Origin: a virus
Length of the DNA: 64,000 nucleotides
Reading direction: 5' to 3' (one strand)
Virus record (IMG/VR): IMGVR_UViG_3300025288_000013
Location: 1 to 64,000 of that record
Shown here in pieces: positions 38,557 to 48,364 of the stretch. Below the pieces are notes generated by a model. The model saw nothing but the letters and a program-made list of their open reading frames with translations, was not told the DNA's origin and did no database searches. The position numbers and the translations under genes are program-made. Each line of letters starts with the position of its first letter. Within the stretch, counting starts at the first letter, position 1.

Positions 38557-38585
38557 TGTAACAAGATTATTTATAAAATGTTTAT
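38557..38585 (+). promoter_or_regulatory. TGTAACAA-N15-GTT promoter (kinase)
   Basis: Exact motif and spacing. Confidence 0.8.
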
Positions 38586-38602
38586 ACTAACAAAATTGTA
38601 GC

Positions 38603-39262
38603 ATGATAAAAAAAGAAAAAATAAGATTTGGTCTTGAAAGAATAACCAATACGCATTGTTTTATAAAAACTTATATAAATGGCGTTATAGAATATGCAAA
38701 TGTTTCTGATGGTATTTCTAGTGGGTTCAACTTTATACCAGAGGAAGAGTATGATACAATAAATCACTATTTTGTTGAAAAGAAAATTGTTCTTGTTGGC
38801 GGAGGTGCTTGTGGTAAGGATTATTACAAAGATTATATGATTGGCGTTGGGTTGATACCGGACATATCGTACACAACAAGACAAAAAAGACAAAAAGAAG
38901 TTGATGGAGTATCATATAATTATATATCAAGAGAAAAATTTGAAAGCATGATTGTTGGAGCAGAATTTTTGCAATGGAACAAATTTGGAAATGACAATTA
39001 TTATGGTACTACAAAAGAATCATTTAAAAGCAGTGATATCTTTATAATGACACCAAATGTTCTTAATTGTATGGATAACAGTGTTAGAGAAAAATTTTTT
39101 GTCATATTTTTCGACATAGACGAAGGCTTAAGAAGAGAGAGGCTTAAGAAGAGAGGTTATTCAGATAAAGATTGTGAAAAAAGATTTGATATAGATAAAA
39201 AAACCTTTGATAATTTTAATAGCTTTGATATGGTTGTAACAAATCCAAATTTTATACCTTAG
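38603..39262 (+). CDS. gmk: Guanylate kinase-like nucleotide monophosphate kinase
   Basis: GGGACGKD P-loop, SYTTRQKRQKEVDGVSYNYIS, NYYGT and ERLKKRG. Confidence 0.85.
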   Translation: MIKKEKIRFGLERITNTHCFIKTYINGVIEYANVSDGISSGFNFIPEEEYDTINHYFVEKKIVLVGGGACGKDYYKDYMIGVGLIPDISYTTRQKRQKEVDGVSYNYISREKFESMIVGAEFLQWNKFGNDNYYGTTKESFKSSDIFIMTPNVLNCMDNSVREKFFVIFFDIDEGLRRERLKKRGYSDKDCEKRFDIDKKTFDNFNSFDMVVTNPNFIP

Positions 39263-40758
39263 TCTGGCTTGAAATTAGATTCTATTGCTCTTGGGTTATT
39301 ATTTATGTCTTGTGCATCGTCTATTATATAAGCTAAACTTGGTTTTTCAACCATCGTTTTGCTCATTAATCTTGCTGTTATTTCTTTTGGCACCACCTTT
39401 TTGAAAATTCTTATCATACCTATATCGTGGTCACCAAACATCAGGCTAACACTACCAAGTTCTATTGTTTTTGGTCTAATTATGTTATCATCATATGTGA
39501 TCTGTTTAAAAACATTCTCTACTTTTTCCAGTATTTGTATAGAATTCAAGTGATCCGATATGTTTATTGCTACATAAATTTTTTTGTCGTTTGGTATAAT
39601 TATGTTTGTATTTCTACCGAAAATTACCATTTTGTTGTCAATGATTTCTATATAACCATTGCCTATTTTTATCAACCTCGTATCAGAGTAAATTCTTGTG
39701 TGGAAAACAATACCAAATTCTTTATTTGTTATTTTATTTATATACTTAACAGATTCACCATCACCACCAAACATTGTGTACCCATCAGAATTAAACACAA
39801 CACCCTCAATGACTTCTTCTCTACTCATATCTCTATATATTTGTGGTGACATGTTTTGTCTTAAGTTTATGTGGTCTTCTTCTTCATTGTTGAACTCCTC
39901 TCTGAATATATCATCATCTATATCAATATTCTCATGTAACCCATCGTTTTTGTTCAGAACTGATTTGTCATCGACATAATTCCCAAAAGTGAGATTCCAA
40001 AATGTTGGTTTGCCATTTATTCCTCTTTGTAAAATTGAACTCTCAACAACATACATACTGTTTGTTTGTTTTATATATATATAATCACCATCAAATGGTT
40101 TTTCACCATTACCAAAAATTGATTGGAAGTAATAATAGTCAATTTGTGCATCAAAGGTGTTGAACTCTGCCCCCCACTCACTTATAACTATTTCATCTAT
40201 TTTTGGTAATTCGTTGTCTTCTGTTATTAAATTTAGCTCTTTTTGTTCCACAAATTCTTTTTCTGCGTACTCTTTAAATCTATTATCTTGCGACATTGGC
40301 TTTATTCTGTTATATAGAACACATGTTATACCGTCATTAGCATTTATAAAGGAGTTTAAGTCCCTTTCTATTTTTTCTGCCAGAATGCCAAATTTGTGTA
40401 ATCCTATATTGTTTGTAAATTTAAAATCACTGAATTCTTTTGTCGGTAAGACATTTTTATATTTTATGATAAACCCAATAATTTTATCAACATTTGATGT
40501 GTTTTTTATGTAGAGTTTTATGCTATCTGGCGAACCGATTGAGTTTATTTTGTCTATGTTATTTTCTTTAGATATTTTGTTGTTTGTTGTTTCAGAAAAT
40601 GTGAATAATATATCATTATCATAACCATCTGTGAACTTTATGTTGAAATCAGTGATACTGAAATCAAACTTTATATTAATGGTTTCAAGTCTGTTTGGAC
40701 CAATTGTTATTTCTTTTGTTATTATTTCTATATCCATTTTTGTAACAAAATAAATCAT
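39259..40758 (-). CDS. Neck protein (T4 gp14-like) with extra beta-sandwich domains
   Basis: KPFDGDYIYIKQTNSMYVVE resembles gp14 P-x-EGDLIY; late box upstream. Confidence 0.55.
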   Translation of the reverse strand: MIYFVTKMDIEIITKEITIGPNRLETINIKFDFSITDFNIKFTDGYDNDILFTFSETTNNKISKENNIDKINSIGSPDSIKLYIKNTSNVDKIIGFIIKYKNVLPTKEFSDFKFTNNIGLHKFGILAEKIERDLNSFINANDGITCVLYNRIKPMSQDNRFKEYAEKEFVEQKELNLITEDNELPKIDEIVISEWGAEFNTFDAQIDYYYFQSIFGNGEKPFDGDYIYIKQTNSMYVVESSILQRGINGKPTFWNLTFGNYVDDKSVLNKNDGLHENIDIDDDIFREEFNNEEEDHINLRQNMSPQIYRDMSREEVIEGVVFNSDGYTMFGGDGESVKYINKITNKEFGIVFHTRIYSDTRLIKIGNGYIEIIDNKMVIFGRNTNIIIPNDKKIYVAINISDHLNSIQILEKVENVFKQITYDDNIIRPKTIELGSVSLMFGDHDIGMIRIFKKVVPKEITARLMSKTMVEKPSLAYIIDDAQDINNNPRAIESNFKPD

Positions 40759-40769
40759 TTACAGTTAAT
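40741..40769 (+). promoter_or_regulatory. TGTAACAA-N15-GTT promoter
   Basis: Exact motif upstream of 40786. Confidence 0.7.
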
Positions 40770-40785
40770 GTAAAAATTATTTATT

Positions 40786-41238
40786 ATGGAATTTACAAAA
40801 ATTATGTTTTACATAAATTTGCTTGGACAAATACAGACATATAGACTTGCTCGTGAAATATTAAAACAATCATATGAAAATGTGGGAATGTTTGATTATT
40901 ACAAACTAATTGATAACAATGGCAGAAAAATAGAGAACCCTGTCATAACCAACAACAACATAAAACTTATGTTACCAATACCAGATGACATAAGGGATGA
41001 AAAAACAATTGATATCTACATAAACGATCAAAAACAAATAATAGACGTTCTCATATACGAGGCTGGTGTCGGTTCTATGTTTTATATAACTTTTGATAAC
41101 ATGTTCACAGAAGATGATGAAAAATTGGTTGTTGTTATAAATTATAAATTAGAAATGAAAAATCTGTTGATTTCCACTCTTCTGTGGATTTTTATTCTTT
41201 TGTCTTTCCTTGCTGAATCTATGTTATATTTTAAATAA
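40786..41238 (+). CDS. Hypothetical protein with C-terminal TM helix
   Basis: LLISTLLWIFILLSFLA. Confidence 0.55.
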   Translation: MEFTKIMFYINLLGQIQTYRLAREILKQSYENVGMFDYYKLIDNNGRKIENPVITNNNIKLMLPIPDDIRDEKTIDIYINDQKQIIDVLIYEAGVGSMFYITFDNMFTEDDEKLVVVINYKLEMKNLLISTLLWIFILLSFLAESMLYFK

Positions 41239-41256
41239 ATAACATAAATTCTATTT

Positions 41257-42135
41257 ATGATACCATATAACCTAACAAAGGGTAATTGCAAGCCCAAAAA
41301 TAAATCAAACATATTCAGATTTATATCTGGCGGCATATTAAATTTATCAGAAGAGTTGTTTTTTGATTTATCAGAATCAGATATGTTTATATGTAGTAGC
41401 ACAAGGCAGAAAATAAAATTAGATCCGAAACAAGTTGTGAGAATCGATTGCAATTTCATAGCATTACATGATAAATGTGACAATTTTTTATTGGCAAACG
41501 CCATAAAAAATAGGACAAACGACTCCAGAATAGAGGTTAGTATAACCTCTATCGTTAATGATAATGTGGAGGATTTCTCTCTTGATATTGTTTATGAAAA
41601 CATGTTAGATGAAAATGTTTATAATTGGTCTAATTTTGATAATCAACCATATAATTATTCTATAACCAATTGGGATGAAATTGTTGGATCATGGAGTTTT
41701 TATTCTACCATTAATTCTACCACCAATATAATAATGTTTAAAGATTTTACAATTTCTGGCTATGAGTTTCAGGTTGTTAATGGTGCTGACACAATTTTTT
41801 ATGTTGAAAAAATAGAAAACAACAGTAGAATGGTTCTTGAACTTAAATACTCATCTGGGTTAATAACACTGATATCAATATCAATTAATGGCAGATTTGT
41901 CGTTGATGAAACAAAAATAGTTTATGGTTTAACTGATCAAACCAATTCAAATAGCGAGGTATTTTTTAGATATGTTAGTGTTTTTGATGAAATCATAAAG
42001 CATTTTGTATCACATTCTCTTAATAAAAAAGAATACTATATCTATAATCACAATGATTCATCAACAACAATAGATTCACTTAGTGGAACTTTGTGTGAAG
42101 ACGAAGATTTATTGTTGGATTCTGATTGTTTGTAA
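41257..42135 (+). CDS. Hypothetical late protein
   Basis: ORF with AATAAATA box upstream. Confidence 0.5.
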   Translation: MIPYNLTKGNCKPKNKSNIFRFISGGILNLSEELFFDLSESDMFICSSTRQKIKLDPKQVVRIDCNFIALHDKCDNFLLANAIKNRTNDSRIEVSITSIVNDNVEDFSLDIVYENMLDENVYNWSNFDNQPYNYSITNWDEIVGSWSFYSTINSTTNIIMFKDFTISGYEFQVVNGADTIFYVEKIENNSRMVLELKYSSGLITLISISINGRFVVDETKIVYGLTDQTNSNSEVFFRYVSVFDEIIKHFVSHSLNKKEYYIYNHNDSSTTIDSLSGTLCEDEDLLLDSDCL

Positions 42136-42146
42136 AAACAAATACT

Positions 42147-42175
42147 TGTAACAATCTAACACTACAAAGGTTTTT
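42147..42175 (+). promoter_or_regulatory. TGTAACAA-N15-GTT promoter (HU)
   Basis: Exact motif and spacing. Confidence 0.8.
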
Positions 42176-42221
42176 TATGGGTAAATAATTTAAATATTAA
42201 TCAATTAAAAACAGAAAAATT

Positions 42222-42527
42222 ATGACAAAAGCTGATTTAATTACTGGCGTAAAAGCTGCAGTAGAAAAAGAAACTGGTAAAGACGTTTCAAAAAAAATGG
42301 TAAAATCCGTAATCGATTCCACGTTGGAAGCTATTAATGGATGTATGGAAAAAGGTGAAGAATTATTGTTACAACCTGTCGGAAGATTTGGTGTAAAATT
42401 CAGAAACCCTCGTAAAGCAACTAACATGACAACTGGTGAGCCTATTGCTGTTCCAGCCAAATATGTTCCCCATTTTTCTCCAACTAGCAAATTGAAAGAT
42501 GCTGTTGCCTCACTACCTGTTGAGTAA
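42222..42527 (+). CDS. hup: HU/IHF-family DNA-binding protein
   Basis: MTKADLI, GRFGVKFRNPRKATNMTTGEPIAVPAK and FSPTSKLK. Confidence 0.9.
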   Translation: MTKADLITGVKAAVEKETGKDVSKKMVKSVIDSTLEAINGCMEKGEELLLQPVGRFGVKFRNPRKATNMTTGEPIAVPAKYVPHFSPTSKLKDAVASLPVE

Positions 42528-42549
42528 CTACAAATTTACAGTTTAAGTT

Positions 42550-42583
42550 AAAAGCCTATGGTAAAAATATCATAGGCTTTTTT
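42550..42583 (+). terminator. Rho-independent terminator after HU
   Basis: AAAAGCCTATG-loop-CATAGGCTTTTTT. Confidence 0.8.
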
Positions 42584-42611
42584 GTAACAATCTATTCATA
42601 AAACAGTTTAT
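42583..42611 (+). promoter_or_regulatory. TGTAACAA-N15-GTT promoter (primase-exonuclease-GroES-purZ operon)
   Basis: Exact motif, immediately after the HU terminator. Confidence 0.8.
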
Positions 42612-42616
42612 AACAT

Positions 42617-43666
42617 ATGTTAAACTTACAAATAGATTTCACAAAACATGATACTGAAAATGTTGTAAAAATATCAACAGATAACATAAGAAAAGAAATC
42701 GAAAGCATATTATTAAGGGTTCACACACAATCACAAAAACAAGAAGTTGTTGATAGGGATGGCGGTTTCAATATAGCTTGTCCCTTTTGTGGTGATTCAA
42801 AAGATAACCCAAACAAAAAAAGAGGAAACATATATTTGGACACAAACACGTTCAAATGCTACAATTGTACAATATGGATGCCTCTTGAGGAATTTTTCCT
42901 AAAATTCAACTCTGATGTTGGTTTTAAAATAGCCAAGTTTGATCTTGAAAATTTTGTGTCCAAAACAAAAACAAAAATTTCGTTGTATGATATATATGAT
43001 ATAGGCAACCAATACATAGAAAGAGGGTCACTAATGAAAGAAATGAAATTGAAAAATATAGTAGACGATTATAAGACGGCAAAATATTTGGAAAGTAGAA
43101 AGATAGATATAAATGATAGAAGATTGGCTGTTAATAGTTTTTCAAGAAGTATAGTATTTTTTAATATGCATGATGATAAGGTCATAGGTTTACAAAAAAG
43201 AATACATGAGCCAACAAATGGCAACAGATTCATATCATATGATTATGGTAGCATAATGGAAAAAATTATTAAAAGTGATTATGACAAAGATAGAGCCTTA
43301 AAGATAAAACGCATATCGTTACTGTATAACATATTAAATGTTGATTTTTCTAAGAAAATTAACACATTCGAATCATCAATAGACAGCCATCATTTTACTA
43401 ACAGCATTGCGTGTTGGGGTTCAAATTCCATACTTAAATTACCAAATTGTCAGTATGGCATGGATGATGACGTTGCCGGTAGGAAAGCGTCTATAAAATT
43501 ATTAAAATCTGGCTATAAAGTGTTCATGTGGGGTGAGTTCAAACATAACAATACAATTTATCGTAATTGCAAAGATTTTAATGACATATTTAAATTAAAA
43601 CCAATAAGCCAAAAAACATTTGAAAGTTATTTAACAGATTCAGAATTAGACATAATATCATTATGA
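42617..43666 (+). CDS. DNA primase (T4 gp61-like)
   Basis: ACPFCGDS...KCYNC zinc finger; TOPRIM ESSID, DDDVAG and KDFND. Confidence 0.85.
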   Translation: MLNLQIDFTKHDTENVVKISTDNIRKEIESILLRVHTQSQKQEVVDRDGGFNIACPFCGDSKDNPNKKRGNIYLDTNTFKCYNCTIWMPLEEFFLKFNSDVGFKIAKFDLENFVSKTKTKISLYDIYDIGNQYIERGSLMKEMKLKNIVDDYKTAKYLESRKIDINDRRLAVNSFSRSIVFFNMHDDKVIGLQKRIHEPTNGNRFISYDYGSIMEKIIKSDYDKDRALKIKRISLLYNILNVDFSKKINTFESSIDSHHFTNSIACWGSNSILKLPNCQYGMDDDVAGRKASIKLLKSGYKVFMWGEFKHNNTIYRNCKDFNDIFKLKPISQKTFESYLTDSELDIISL

Positions 43667-44256
43667 AAAAAACAATAATATTCGACACAGAAACAACAGG
43701 CATTGTGCCAAAAGGTATGATGTACAAAGACCCAAATTATCCAAGATTATTACAACTTGCATGGGTAATATTAGATGAAGATGGGAACGAATTAGACAAA
43801 AGAAAAAACTATATAAAACCGAATGGGTTTTTAGTACCAAACACAGAATTTCACAAAGCAAATGGTTTGACACAAGAGGTGTGTGACAAAGGTGAAAACC
43901 CAATAGACGAATTGAATTTTTTGCTTGATGCTATTGAAAAATCAGAAGTTTTGTTGGCACATAATATGTTATTTGATTATTTTATAATAGCTTCAGAATT
44001 ACACAAAAACAACATAATTAGGAAAATAGAAAGGAAACCTAAGTATTGTACAATGATGTCAACAATAGATTTTTGCCAACTACCGTCACCATATGGAAGA
44101 GGATTTAAATTTCCTCGTTTGGAAGAACTTTATAAAAAATTGTTCAACGAAACTTTTGAAAATGCACATGATGCGTTTGCTGATGTAAAGGCTACCGCAA
44201 GATGCTATGTTGAATTAAATAGACTTGGTGTACCAATAAAAGAAGTATTAAAATGA
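43663..44256 (+). CDS. DEDDh 3'-5' exonuclease (DnaQ-like)
   Basis: FDTETTG, AHNMLFD and AHDAFADV. Confidence 0.9.
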   Translation: MKKTIIFDTETTGIVPKGMMYKDPNYPRLLQLAWVILDEDGNELDKRKNYIKPNGFLVPNTEFHKANGLTQEVCDKGENPIDELNFLLDAIEKSEVLLAHNMLFDYFIIASELHKNNIIRKIERKPKYCTMMSTIDFCQLPSPYGRGFKFPRLEELYKKLFNETFENAHDAFADVKATARCYVELNRLGVPIKEVLK

Positions 44257-44624
44257 GAGTACCAGGAACCAACATAATAGTTGAACAAAATAGCGATCCA
44301 AATAAGGTTATTGGTAATATCATATTTGATCATAGCAAGAAATATACAAAAAATATGGGTGTTGTTAAATACCTTAGTAAGTTTTGTGAAACAAATCGTG
44401 GAACAATTTGTGATATAAATATTGGCGATATAGTTCACTTTTCTGATGAAGCTGGTGTATATATTGACAAAAAAAACATGAAAAACATTCTATTGATAGA
44501 TTACAGAGAAATAATACTAATATCTGAATCAGAAGAAAACGAAATTTTTGTTGGCGAGGACATGAGATTTTATTTAGAAGAGGACATAGCAAACAGACAA
44601 ATGGAAAAAACATCTAATAATTAA
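44253..44624 (+). CDS. GroES-like co-chaperonin
   Basis: GVV...INIGDIVHFSDEAG...LLIDYREII. Confidence 0.55.
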   Translation: MRVPGTNIIVEQNSDPNKVIGNIIFDHSKKYTKNMGVVKYLSKFCETNRGTICDINIGDIVHFSDEAGVYIDKKNMKNILLIDYREIILISESEENEIFVGEDMRFYLEEDIANRQMEKTSNN

Positions 44625-44635
44625 ACAAACACAAA

Positions 44636-45919
44636 ATGAAACAAACAAAACGAACAAAAACGAACAATTTCTTTAAAAATGGTAAAATATCATTTGTAAT
44701 GGATGGTGCAGCTGGTAGTTCAGGCAAAAGCTTAATATCGTCGTATTTAGTGAAACATGCTAACAATGTTGATTTTATATTATCAGCCTTTACGCCAAAC
44801 GCAAGTCACACAGTTATAGATGATGATGGCAAAGAATTTGTTTTTAAAATTTTTGCAGGTGGTTCACAATACCACGAAAAACTAAAAGCTGTTTATATAA
44901 CAGATAATGCTGCAATAGAGTTAAAAACTCTGTGGAAAGAGATTGACTATCTTGGTATACCAAAAGAAAAGGTTAGAATTTCTCCAATGTGCATGATAGT
45001 TCAACAAATAGACATTGATTATGAAGCTGGACTGTGTGATCTTGATGGAAATTATTATTCAAAGAACGAGTTGAGGGATGGTACTGTTAAAACAGGGAGC
45101 ACTTGTTCTGGTAGTGGCACTGTTTTGGCTAAAAAGGTTCTTAGAAATAAGACACTGGTAAAAGCCAAAGATGTTGAAGAACTGAAAGAGTTTTTGTATG
45201 AAATGGATGAAATAATTTCAAGACTTGAAACAGGTGATAGAGGTTTAATGGAAATGGCACAAGGGTTTCCATTGTCAGTGAATCATCACATGTTTGCACC
45301 GCATACAACAAGTAGAAATGTTACAGTTACTAATGCTATGAATGATGCTATGATACCACCAAGATTTGCTGGTAACGTTTTAATCAACTTTAGAACGTAT
45401 CCAATCAAAATTCATAGTAATAAGTATAAATGTAACAAAACCGGTAAGTTTCTTACATGGGATGAGGTGAACAAGATGAAGACTGATATTGATTATGTTG
45501 TTGTTGAATCAAATTCTGGCGACTTTTATCCTGATCAAACAGAAATGAGTTGGGATCAAATAACCAAAGAATCTGGGTCTGAAAAGAAACTCATGGAATG
45601 CACAACACTTACAAAATTACCAAGAAGAATAGCTTCATTTAGTAAACAAAATCTTGTAGAGGCAATTAGATTCAATGACACAGGTGGTCAAATTTGGTTA
45701 TGTGTTAATTTTGTTAATTATGTTGTTTCTGGAATCTATGGTGAAAGGGAGTATTTTAACTTACACATTGACTTTGAAAAATATGAAAAACTTCACAATT
45801 GGATTCATGAAAACATAACCAGAGTTATATATGCAGACAATTCTATAGACGAAACAAGAGTTTCTCTTAAATATCTTGGTACAGGTGAAAAAATCGAAGA
45901 TAGAATAGAAATGCCATAA
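44636..45919 (+). CDS. purZ: PurZ-type N6-succino-2-amino-dAMP synthase (adenylosuccinate synthetase paralog)
   Basis: GSSGKS (Ser in place of the PurA catalytic Asp), PNASHT, GSTCSG, AQGF, TTSRNVT, RTYPIK, TTLTKLPRR (Leu at the PurA Arg303 position) and NFVNY (instead of TKLD). Confidence 0.85.
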   Translation: MKQTKRTKTNNFFKNGKISFVMDGAAGSSGKSLISSYLVKHANNVDFILSAFTPNASHTVIDDDGKEFVFKIFAGGSQYHEKLKAVYITDNAAIELKTLWKEIDYLGIPKEKVRISPMCMIVQQIDIDYEAGLCDLDGNYYSKNELRDGTVKTGSTCSGSGTVLAKKVLRNKTLVKAKDVEELKEFLYEMDEIISRLETGDRGLMEMAQGFPLSVNHHMFAPHTTSRNVTVTNAMNDAMIPPRFAGNVLINFRTYPIKIHSNKYKCNKTGKFLTWDEVNKMKTDIDYVVVESNSGDFYPDQTEMSWDQITKESGSEKKLMECTTLTKLPRRIASFSKQNLVEAIRFNDTGGQIWLCVNFVNYVVSGIYGEREYFNLHIDFEKYEKLHNWIHENITRVIYADNSIDETRVSLKYLGTGEKIEDRIEMP

Positions 45920-45979
45920 CCAAAATCATTTCACAAAACAACGCTCATAAAATAAATAACTAAACAGTAAATCTATTTT

Positions 45980-47773
45980 ATGAGCGTTGTTGTAAATGAG
46001 CGTTGGTCAACAAAAAGAATTGATGAACTTATAAAGAATTTCAATAAAATTGGCGTTATACCAGACAAGCATCCATTCTTTAATAGAAAAATAGGTAAAA
46101 GGAAAGGTGAAATCAACTTCAGTTGGACACAAGAAGAACTTTTAGAATTATCAAGATGTGAAAATGATATAGTTTACTTCGCAAATACTTTTTGTAAAAT
46201 TCTTACTGATGGTCACGGAAGACAATTTTTAAAAGATGTTGGCGGTATAAGAGATTATCAGGAAGATCTTTTAAAAATGTTTCAGGACAGCCAATTCAAC
46301 ATTGTTTTGGCTTCAAGACAAATTGGTAAGTCTATTACAGTTGCTATATATGTGTGTTGGTATTTGTTGTTTAATGATGATGCTAACATACTTCTTTTAT
46401 CAGAAACAGGTACAAAAGCAAAAGATTTACTTAAAAAGATAAAAGACATACAGGACAACTTACCATTTTACATGCAAGTTGGTTTATTATATGATTCAAC
46501 ACAACGAAGAATTTATGATAATGGTTGCACACTTATTAGTGAAAACACAACAGAAAATAGCGGTGTTTCTGGGTCGTATCAATTCGTTTATTGGGATGAA
46601 ATGGCATTATTAGACGCACCAACACAAGAAAAGATTTTTACTGGTGTATTCCCAACAATGGCAAGTTTTGGTAATAAAGCCAAGTTTATTATAACAAGCA
46701 CACCAAGAGGAAGAAACAATAAATTTCATAACATATGGAACGGTGCTACAAGTGAACTAGATTCACCAGAATATGTGCCGTTTTCATATGCAAAGGTCAT
46801 GTGGCATCAGGTCAAGGGTAGGGGTGAAGAATGGGAAAGAAAAGAAAGGAAAATAATGGGGGATGATGGTTTTGATAGAGAGTATGGATTATCTTTTGAT
46901 GCTGATGGCGATTTGCTTATAAGTGACGAAAATAAAAAGAAAATAAGCAGCAATTTTGTTAAATATGTAAGATATGAAAAAGATCACAAATTTTACAAAT
47001 TATTCAGTCATCACCCAGATTTCAAAGTATCCATGTTATCTGATCCAGAAAGAAAATTTCATATATCAATCGACATAGCTGGTGGAAAGAAGAGAGATTA
47101 TACTGTGTTTAATATATTTGAATTGAAATTCAAATCTTATGATGAAATAAAAGATATGGATTTTATCGTTGACGAAATGGACTTCTTTAAATTAGAACAA
47201 GTTGCTATAATAAGAAGTAATGTTATAAAAACAGAAATAATGGCTATGTACCTTTATGACTTTATCATAAAGTATATGATTCCACATAATATTAGAATAA
47301 CCATAGAAATTAATTTTGAGGGCAAGTTTTTTCTAAAGAATTTGTTTGATTATAAAGGTAGAAAGAATGAACTTAATAATTCAAGAGAAGATATGATTGT
47401 AGAATATCCACTGAACATGAATTTTGATAAAGACAATGCCATATATGAATTTGGAATAGTTCAAAACGAAAAAACTAAACAAGATACATGCAAGACCATA
47501 AACACGGTTATTCGTGACAACCATATTGTTATAAACCACAGTGTAACTGTTGAGGAGGGTTTGGCGTTTGGCTTGAACAAAAAAGGCAAATATCAAGGTT
47601 TATCAAAAAACGATGATTGCTTCATGACTGTTTTGAATATAGCAAATTATAAAAAAACAGATGAATATGAAGAGCAGGTTAATGAAATAATAAATAATTT
47701 GGATTCTTATCAATTAGAACTAATAAGCAAAATAGTTGGTGAAGATGATGAAGAAGATGATGACATATATTAA
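45980..47773 (+). CDS. Terminase large subunit (T4 gp17-like)
   Basis: DYQ, SRQIGKS, YWDEMA, ITSTPRG, SIDIAGG...DY and NDDCFM. Confidence 0.95.
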   Translation: MSVVVNERWSTKRIDELIKNFNKIGVIPDKHPFFNRKIGKRKGEINFSWTQEELLELSRCENDIVYFANTFCKILTDGHGRQFLKDVGGIRDYQEDLLKMFQDSQFNIVLASRQIGKSITVAIYVCWYLLFNDDANILLLSETGTKAKDLLKKIKDIQDNLPFYMQVGLLYDSTQRRIYDNGCTLISENTTENSGVSGSYQFVYWDEMALLDAPTQEKIFTGVFPTMASFGNKAKFIITSTPRGRNNKFHNIWNGATSELDSPEYVPFSYAKVMWHQVKGRGEEWERKERKIMGDDGFDREYGLSFDADGDLLISDENKKKISSNFVKYVRYEKDHKFYKLFSHHPDFKVSMLSDPERKFHISIDIAGGKKRDYTVFNIFELKFKSYDEIKDMDFIVDEMDFFKLEQVAIIRSNVIKTEIMAMYLYDFIIKYMIPHNIRITIEINFEGKFFLKNLFDYKGRKNELNNSREDMIVEYPLNMNFDKDNAIYEFGIVQNEKTKQDTCKTINTVIRDNHIVINHSVTVEEGLAFGLNKKGKYQGLSKNDDCFMTVLNIANYKKTDEYEEQVNEIINNLDSYQLELISKIVGEDDEEDDDIY

Positions 47774-47802
47774 TGTAACAAAAGTTAATATTGTGGGTTT
47801 TT
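47774..47802 (+). promoter_or_regulatory. TGTAACAA-N15-GTT promoter
   Basis: Exact motif upstream of 47837. Confidence 0.75.
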
Positions 47803-47836
47803 TATTAAATTATTATTAACTAAAACAGTAAAAATT

Positions 47837-48364
47837 ATGAAAAACATTAAATTTAACATATCATCATTGGTGATATGGACCAGGTTTCTTTGGCTAATAC
47901 CATACAAAAAAGAAACAAAAACTTGTATTGATTCCATAACAATTGATGGTGTCGATAAAACAGCTGAAGATGGAATAAGAAGTATTGATGAAGCACTTGC
48001 AGATTGGTCTTCAATAAATCAATCTGTTAATAGGGAATTATCACAAGCCAAAGATATATGTAATAAGCTATCAAATCACATAGCCATAAAATCATGTGAC
48101 CCAATACTACCAAGTTTCAGATCTCTTGTTGCAGAATTATTTGTCGCACAAACCATTAGAGAGTTTGAAAAAGGAACAAAAATTGGTGAAAATTTGAAAA
48201 CCTTTATGTCACTAAACCGAATTGATACCAATAAAAACCTGGACATTTCTGTTTATGAAGATATTTGGGCAATAACCAAGAAAAAATTACATGTTTTTCA
48301 TAGAAACGTTTATTGTTTCAAGATGATAATGGATGATAAAATGTTTACCATAACTTTCAAGTGA
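47837..48364 (+). CDS. Hypothetical protein
   Basis: Middle-type promoter upstream. Confidence 0.55.
   Translation: MKNIKFNISSLVIWTRFLWLIPYKKETKTCIDSITIDGVDKTAEDGIRSIDEALADWSSINQSVNRELSQAKDICNKLSNHIAIKSCDPILPSFRSLVAELFVAQTIREFEKGTKIGENLKTFMSLNRIDTNKNLDISVYEDIWAITKKKLHVFHRNVYCFKMIMDDKMFTITFK

Noticed and set aside
44636-45919. Ordinary PurA auxiliary gene
   Set aside because: Lacks GDEGKG, the IMP-pocket Arg and TKLD; PurZ-type residues are present instead.
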